Of a stretch of 14,219 nucleotides of DNA, positions 8,704 to 14,219 are shown piece by piece. The translations under genes and the position numbers were made by a program. Position 1 is the stretch's first letter; each line of letters starts with the position of its first letter. The stretch comes from Azolla caroliniana (lineage: Eukaryota; Plantae; Polypodiophyta), in assembly GCA_043228905.1 (NCBI GenBank), contig JBHGNT010000889.1, positions 1 to 14,219 of the forward strand, in the 5' to 3' direction. The notes beneath the pieces are model-generated. The model was given only the letters and a program-made list of their open reading frames with translations, ran no database searches and was not told the origin of the DNA.

Positions 8704-8811
8704 TATGTATATGCACATATACATATACATTATACATTATACATTATACATATACACGTATACGTATACGTATACATTATACATTATACTGTATACATTA
8801 TGTATATGTAT
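8701..8811. repeat. TATACAT/TACG low-complexity minisatellite flanked by 13-bp direct repeats
   Basis: cattatgtatatg at 8701-8713 and 8796-8808; internal (tatacat)n and 16-bp palindrome acgtatacgtatacgt at 8756-8771. Confidence 0.85.
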
Positions 8812-8851
8812 GAAAAGAGAGGAGTTGTTTGTGTTTTGAAGGAAAGTGGTT

Positions 8852-8895
8852 TTCTTCTTCTTCTTCTTCTTCTTCTTCTTCTTCTTCTTCTTCTT
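8852..8895. repeat. (CTT)n microsatellite, about 14 units
   Basis: Perfect ttc/ctt run. Confidence 0.95.
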
Positions 8896-8926
8896 GTTGA
8901 CCTTGACCTTTCCTCCCTCTTTTTGG

Positions 8927-8933
8927 TTTATAG
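8927..8933 (-). promoter_or_regulatory. Candidate TATA box (CTATAAA) for the minus-strand LTP-like locus
   Basis: CTATAAA on the - strand followed ~30 nt later by an A-rich leader (caacaagaag..aaaacacaaacaac) resembling the leader of the intact LTPG gene (3851-3922). Confidence 0.3.
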
Positions 8934-9095
8934 AAAGTAAAAGTCAAGCTTTTGATTTGTGTGACCCGAGTGACAGACAGACAGAACAGACAGAGAGATA
9001 CACACACACACATTCACAGCGAACCATGGCGATTGCAGGATTCTTTACGCTGTGATTCGGTTTACGCTTACAGAATAAGAAGAAAGACGAGGAGA

Positions 9096-9144
9096 AGAAA
9101 TAAAGAAAGAAAGAAATAAAGAAAGAAAGAAAGAAAGAAAGAAA
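9096..9144. repeat. (GAAA)n microsatellite
   Basis: gaaa repeats with two taaa variants. Confidence 0.9.
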
Positions 9145-9208
9145 GGAACAACTGGTATCTTCTTTCTTAATCTCATCTCAGAAGGAGAATTTCCATACTC
9201 AATCGAGC

Positions 9209-9244
<36 letters not shown>

Positions 9245-9251
9245 GTGAGAG
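9209..9251. repeat. (GA)n microsatellite immediately upstream of ATG 9252 (GAGA-element-like)
   Basis: gagagaga...gatagagatagagagtgagag; GA repeats in plant promoters/5'UTRs are known BBR/BPC binding sites (binding not shown here). Confidence 0.85.
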
Positions 9252-9386
9252 ATGAGGTCCTCTCTTAAGAAGCTTCAACGGGGTTTCTCTCTAAGCAAGT
9301 ATACCTCCAAAGAGAAGAATTCTCCTCCGGCCACTCTGGCAGATCCTCCATCCAAGGATATGGATAAGATTACAGAAAACATGAAG
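9252..9386 (+). CDS. BAR-like gene exon 1
   Basis: ATG 9252, 45 codons MRSSLKK...ITENMK, donor GTAGCT at 9387. Confidence 0.85.
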
Positions 9387-12300
9387 GTAGCTTTCTTGTA
9401 ACTACGGCCTGTTGTGTAACTGTTGATTCTTCATCACGTCGTTCATCAGTCTTTTCGTGCATTAATTTATGATCCATTCTTTGATTGAAGCATCGTTATA
9501 GATAGATTTCTGGGATTGATTTCTTCTCTTGAAATTGGTGGAAATTTCGTCTAATTTTAGTAAAAGTAAAAGGTATTGCCTTGTCATTATTAGCAATAAG
9601 TGGATTTTATATGATTTATATATTCCACCTAATTTGTCATTGTCGAAAGTATTTCTCATTAAATACAGATTATCTTTTCACATTGACTAATTAATCAAGA
9701 GATCTTGACTGCTTTGCTGAATTGGAAACCTTTGTTCTTTAGCCAAGAAATCTAGTCAAATTTGTGAAATCGAAGTTTCAGACCGATCAGAGCATCTGTG
9801 TTAAGGTCTGGAGGATGATCTTTGCAGCTTGTTTCATTCAAAACATTTTTCTGTAGTAAAAGAAAAATTGAGTTGTCATATTTTTTGAAGCATTTTTCAT
9901 TACACAGAAAGACAGATCTTTGAAGATTGATCAATTAGATACATTTTTCATTAGTTAAACAATCTCGCCTAATTTGCTGAATCTGAGTTCAGGATTGTTG
10001 ATATGGCCATCTGTGCACAGCTCTAGAAGGAGGATTGTACACATGAAGAAAAAATACATATATTTTGAGATTTTGCTAATATATGTTTTAGTTACATAGG
10101 ATTCTTTATTGCATGCGTCTTATTTCGTGAGATTTTGTTTAAATACTTCGTAGAATATATCATGCTGTCATCATTTTTTTGTTTCAAATTATGCATCTTT
10201 CTTTTGTATTTCTACCATAATTTTCTATAGATTGCAAAGGGTATGAAAGAACAGTACGATAACCTCCTAGCCGCTGCACAAACTATATCTGGTGCTTCTT
10301 GTGGTAAAACATTAAACACACATCTCCTCTAGTTTGCTATTATTTTTTATGTCAATATTTATTCTACATTAGATTTGAAATGTTGAACATCTTTGAAACT
10401 ATTTTGTTAACATTTTGCAGATTTTGCAAGAGCAATCCAAGACATGACGTCATCTATGCTTGAAATGTTTGGGAAAACAAGTGATGGGGAGACAGGTACC
10501 TCCATCTGTTTTAAACTTGCTGGAACACCCATTCACACATGCATATGTACAGATATGTATGGAGATTGAGTTTCTTAGAGATTTCTTTCAAAGTATCAAA
10601 TGCTAAAGCGTTTGTATTGTCACAAGAAAGCTTTTACTTGAGTCTCAATATGGACAAACGGAGAGACTTGTTTTAGAAAAAGGGCACCAAATGCAGTTGG
10701 TTTTATTTGCATATATCCAAACTTCATGTGTTGTATGTATACATGCTTGCTACTTGCATGTTTTTCTGTTAAGAAATGCATATAGAAAAGAAATATAACG
10801 TGGTTAAAACTTAAATGGTATGCTAATATATTTCTTACTTTTTAATCCAGTGAATGTCTTTAGCATGCTGGCGAAAGTCCAGTTTGAGATCTCAAAATTT
10901 CTTGAAATTTATGTAAGCAAATTACCTTAGTAGATTGTGGATTTATGTCGTTGTTGAGTGTTTTTTTCTTCTGTTTTCTGAAACTAAAACGTCTCATCTC
11001 TTATTATTTCAGGCAGCACATGTCTCTCAGACCATCATTAAGCCCACTGATACTCTTATCAAAGAGCTCCAGTCCATTGAGGTATTTTAACAATCATAAA
11101 TTGTGGGTTCTCTGACATCTTGATGGGAGAAACAGACAAGCTATCTATATCTTACAAATTTCTTTTCTTGTGGCCTAGGAAATCAAAAGGGAATATGAAG
11201 AAAAGAGGTGAGTCATCTTTTGTTCTTGTTTATTTATGATCCTATGGATAGGTTTTCCTCTTGTTTAGGTTCTTCGGTAAGGCTGTTCCAAGGACATAAA
11301 AGTTTATAAACAGACCACATACAATGCATGCCAATCCATTTCTTGACCAGTGTGTTTGGGCTGTTATATATGCTTCCCCGACTATCTCTTTAGCCATGTT
11401 AAATAATTCTCATTTGGGAAACATTCTTCGTTTGACAGGTTTCACCTAGGAGTTCTTGACTCTCGATCCTAGGTTAGTTGTAGTCACAAATCAGAAGTTA
11501 TTTGGTCCTACTCATTGTGGAGGTAGTAGCTCCTTGTAAGAGTATGCTCTTTATCTAGCTTTTACAGTTCACATTTGATCAAGAATTTGCATTCATCCGA
11601 GGATTGGCATTAGTTTATACAATCTGTCTCCTCGTTACCTCATCCATCCAATCATGTTCTTTAAGGTGTGACGAACCAGTAGACGTAGAGTTGCTTGCTC
11701 TGCAAAATACTCTGGCATAAATACCCACCACTAACATCAGTGCTCTCCACTATACCCAGCTAAATTTGCATCGTGTCATAAAACATGATACATCTTATAA
11801 TAATAGTGTCCAGATTTTCTGAGGAATACATAGGACAGTGCTACTGCCATGCTTTTATGCAGATGCCTAACATACTTTTGCATAGGTGCATACTTAGACA
11901 TGTTCTTCTAGGAAGAGGGAGTTTCATGGGTAGAAGTTCAGTAAATTCTAAATACCGACAAAAGTGTAATACGTGAAGCCTGTGATGCCCAAACTTTAAA
12001 GAGGAAAAAAACAAGTCATGATGAGTGGGATGACTTGGAGATTGCTAGCAGTGATAATAGCAATGTGATAAAAACAAACCATGCAGATGTCTTTATTGTT
12101 AGTGATTATATTTTCAAGCACTCAACCATATGCTTGATATTGCAGGAGGCTGTATGACCAACTAGGAGTTCAGAAGATAAAAAGCAAAGGTAGCAAAGGG
12201 GATATAACTGGAGATAAATTAACTGCAATAAAGGAGGAGTTAAGGAAACAGGAAATGCAATTTGATATCCGTTTCAAGTCTCTGCAACATGGACAAGAGC

Positions 12301-13367
12301 TTAGCCTAGTAACACAAGTGATTCGACACTACACTGCACAGGTTGGTTTGTTTACCATAAATCCCATCTTTTGCAAAAGAGATTCTTGACTTGATATTAT
12401 CTTAAAACCTGTGCAGTGTCATTTGTTCAACAAAAGTCTCAAGACTCTGAACACGGTAGAATCGTCAGTGAAGAAATTTTCGCAGAAGCTTAAAATCGAT
12501 AGAACATTAGATGACGATGTACCAAATATCATAGATGAAGATGAGCTTACACCTCCCCTTGCTTCCTCATCTAATACACAAGAAATATTGAGTGGGATAG
12601 GCACCAAAGATTTTTTGTTGCAAAAGCTTCCTCAAAAGGAGGCTGCAAAATATGCACTACCCAATCCAAATAACACCAATACAAGGATGCATAATCAGCC
12701 TTCTGTAAGGTTTGAAACAAACAAGAAGGTTCATGTGATTGACACGAAGGTCTATGATGATGATGGTGATGGTGATGGTGATTATTATTATGATGATGAT
12801 GATGATGGAGTGGGTTCCCATGAAACTAATATAAAAAACCACCATTCGACTTGGAACCCGAGACATGTAGTAGGCTCTTCAATGGATTTCACACACATGC
12901 AAGATATAAATGCATCATCATCTTCTATGTTAAGAAGCTATACTCAATCTGGACCATTGCCAGCAAGATATGGTCATTCGGGGCCATTGCAAATGAAGCC
13001 AAAAGTGCACACAAGACAAAGGAGTGAAGATGTTGGTGATATGGTTTGGCCAAATTTAACCACATATCAACATACTCGTCATCAGTTAAACAAGTCCTCT
13101 ATTCCTGTGGGGTTTGTATCACCCAAGTTATCACCGTCTGCCTCTCCAACAACCGCCTCACCTTTATCTGTTCCTGTCATCAATGAGCTCCACAAGCTTC
13201 CTACACCACCTCAAAACATTGAACTTGGTCATAAACCCCAAATAAAGCATTTGTCACCTTCTTCGGTGAAGAAAAGCCGTTCCATATCATCGTCGGTTGT
13301 CTTTGCAAAGAGCCTCCATCGATCATCTTCCCTATGTGAGTCCCCCATCATAGAATTACCTCCATAG
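9252..13367 (+). CDS. At2g33490/At3g26910/At5g41100-like protein (N-terminal BAR-like helical domain, S/P-rich disordered C-terminus), 529 aa; join(9252..9386,10231..10303,10421..10495,10851..10912,11013..11081,11179..11207,12146..12341,12417..13367)
   Basis: All 7 introns are GT-AG with compatible phases (0,1,1,0,0,2,0), total 1590 nt. Translation MRSSLKKLQRGF..MKEQYDNLLAAA..MLAKVQFEISKFLEIYAAHVSQTIIKPTDTLIKELQSIEEIKREYEEKR..RFKSLQHGQELSLVTQVIRHYTAQ..SGPL..SPKLSPSASP..INELHKLPTPP matches remembered family motifs (MKxSLxxLRG, YDSLLxAAA, QFEL, QTITxPSESLLxEL, RLKSLKxGQxRSLLTQAARHH, SGPL, ELHELPRPP). Confidence 0.9.
10231..10303 (+). CDS. BAR-like gene exon 2
   Basis: ttttctatag acceptor; IAKGMKEQYDNLLAAAQTISGASC; donor GTAAAA at 10304. 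Confidence 0.88.
10421..10495 (+). CDS. BAR-like gene exon 3
   Basis: ttttgcag acceptor; DFARAIQDMTSSMLEMFGKTSDGET; donor GTACC at 10496. Confidence 0.88.
10851..10912 (+). CDS. BAR-like gene exon 4
   Basis: aatccag acceptor; VNVFSMLAKVQFEISKFLEIY; donor GTAAGC at 10913. Confidence 0.9.
11013..11081 (+). CDS. BAR-like gene exon 5
   Basis: tatttcag acceptor; AAHVSQTIIKPTDTLIKELQSIE; donor GTATTT at 11082. Confidence 0.9.
11179..11207 (+). CDS. BAR-like gene exon 6 (29-nt microexon)
   Basis: ggcctag acceptor; EIKREYEEK(R); donor GTGAGT at 11208. Confidence 0.88.
12146..12341 (+). CDS. BAR-like gene exon 7
   Basis: attgcag acceptor; RLYDQLG...RFKSLQHGQELSLVTQVIRHYTAQ; donor GTTGGT at 12342. 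Confidence 0.9.
12417..13367 (+). CDS. BAR-like gene exon 8 (last)
   Basis: cctgtgcag acceptor in frame with ORF 12411..13367; ends ELPP-TAG. An in-frame internal intron cannot be excluded. Confidence 0.85.
   Translation, partial: CHLFNKSLKTLNTVESSVKKFSQKLKIDRTLDDDVPNIIDEDELTPPLASSSNTQEILSGIGTKDFLLQKLPQKEAAKYALPNPNNTNTRMHNQPSVRFETNKKVHVIDTKVYDDDGDGDGDYYYDDDDDGVGSHETNIKNHHSTWNPRHVVGSSMDFTHMQDINASSSSMLRSYTQSGPLPARYGHSGPLQMKPKVHTRQRSEDVGDMVWPNLTTYQHTRHQLNKSSIPVGFVSPKLSPSASPTTASPLSVPVINELHKLPTPPQNIELGHKPQIKHLSPSSVKKSRSISSSVVFAKSLHRSSSLCESPIIELPP
12753..12808 (+). repeat. Coding (GAT/GGT/TAT)n trinucleotide tract encoding YDDDGDGDGDYYYDDDDD
   Basis: Visible gat/ggt/tat repeats in exon 8. Confidence 0.85.
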
Positions 13368-14219
13368 ATCCAATTGAATGAGATATTTTACTTGTAAAAT
13401 TTGTGGACATTTAGTTATACATATAGGGATCACCCACACTATTCTTGTAAGGAATTCTGGAAAGAATCAAAGGCTTGATTGAACAAGGAACTTGTAGAGA
13501 ACTATGTATCATGAAAATATTTTCAGCTTGAGGTGGTCTCTTATGGACGTTTGGAAATTGTCCAGAAAAATGTGATGAAAGCTTATAACATGTACATGAT
13601 TCAGAGTTGGTAGTTACTTGTAATTATTGTTTAAGAGCATCTTTTCTTATGTTAGTATGTGCTTGTGTGATGAACAATATGAAAGGCATCTTTGTTTTAA
13701 GTAGTCCTTTCATATTGCCTATGTGGTGTTTTACTTGTAAGAGTGCCACATGCATATGATATTGTACTTCGTTGGCAATGGACTTTCTCAGTATGATGAC
13801 TTTACAACCAATTGCTCATTATGTTTTCTTGGAAGTTTTTTTAGTTTGATAGAGAAGACAACCCATAAATAATTGTAGATTAAAGTATTTAACAATTTAG
13901 CAACATATTGATAAGAGATGCCAACAAAAAATTGGGTGGTGGAGGATGTGTTGTTGTGAGGTAATTGCAACTTGTATATGTGGCTATCTTTAGTTCATCT
14001 AGCATAGAAGGAGGACCATGATCTTTTCTCTCCATATAAAACAAATGGATAAAATTAACATAATAAAATTTGAATAAATGTCAATTTATTAAATTGAATA
14101 TACTTACAAAATGAGTAATAAGCCCTTTGATGCCGCCTCTCCCAAGTGTGGATTGTGTGGCCTATGCATATCTGAATTGCAACAACATCCTATTCAAAAA
14201 GTAATGTATGCATATACAT

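Noticed and set aside
8692-9055. ORFs with poly-L, poly-F and poly-E (8692..8940, 8846..9055, 8798..9013)
   Set aside because: Produced by the (CTT)n, TATACAT and CA microsatellites; no protein-like context
12419-12866. Antisense ORFs 12419..12607 and 12657..12866
   Set aside because: Antisense shadows of exon 8; poly-I comes from the GAT tract
9462-13970. Intronic or downstream short ORFs 9462..9659, 9752..9934, 11785..11976 and 13788..13970
   Set aside because: 60-65 aa, within the size expected by chance, with no recognisable homology

Overview
AT-rich, intron-containing land-plant nuclear DNA (not prokaryotic; no CRISPR, rRNA or tRNA seen). Three spliced + strand genes can be built by hand with GT-AG introns in consistent phase. 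(1) The last three exons of a DUF1997-family gene (<1-1201). (2) A two-exon GPI-anchored non-specific lipid-transfer / xylogen-like protein gene (3963-6138). (3) An eight-exon At2g33490-like gene with an N-terminal BAR-like helical domain (9252-13367). The 2.0-6.0 kb interval carries a cluster of tandem duplications (334, 70, ~85, 218 and coding 39 bp units), several with microhomology at their boundaries. The most interesting unexplained signal is on the - strand at ~8029-8703: an apparently decayed, inverted paralogue of the LTP gene. Its remains can also be spliced into an in-phase three-exon 157-aa ORF whose signal-peptide-like first exon comes from a (TTTC)n microsatellite, head-to-head with the BAR-like gene. 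That last model is a hypothesis only. Family assignments rest on remembered motif similarity, not database searches.
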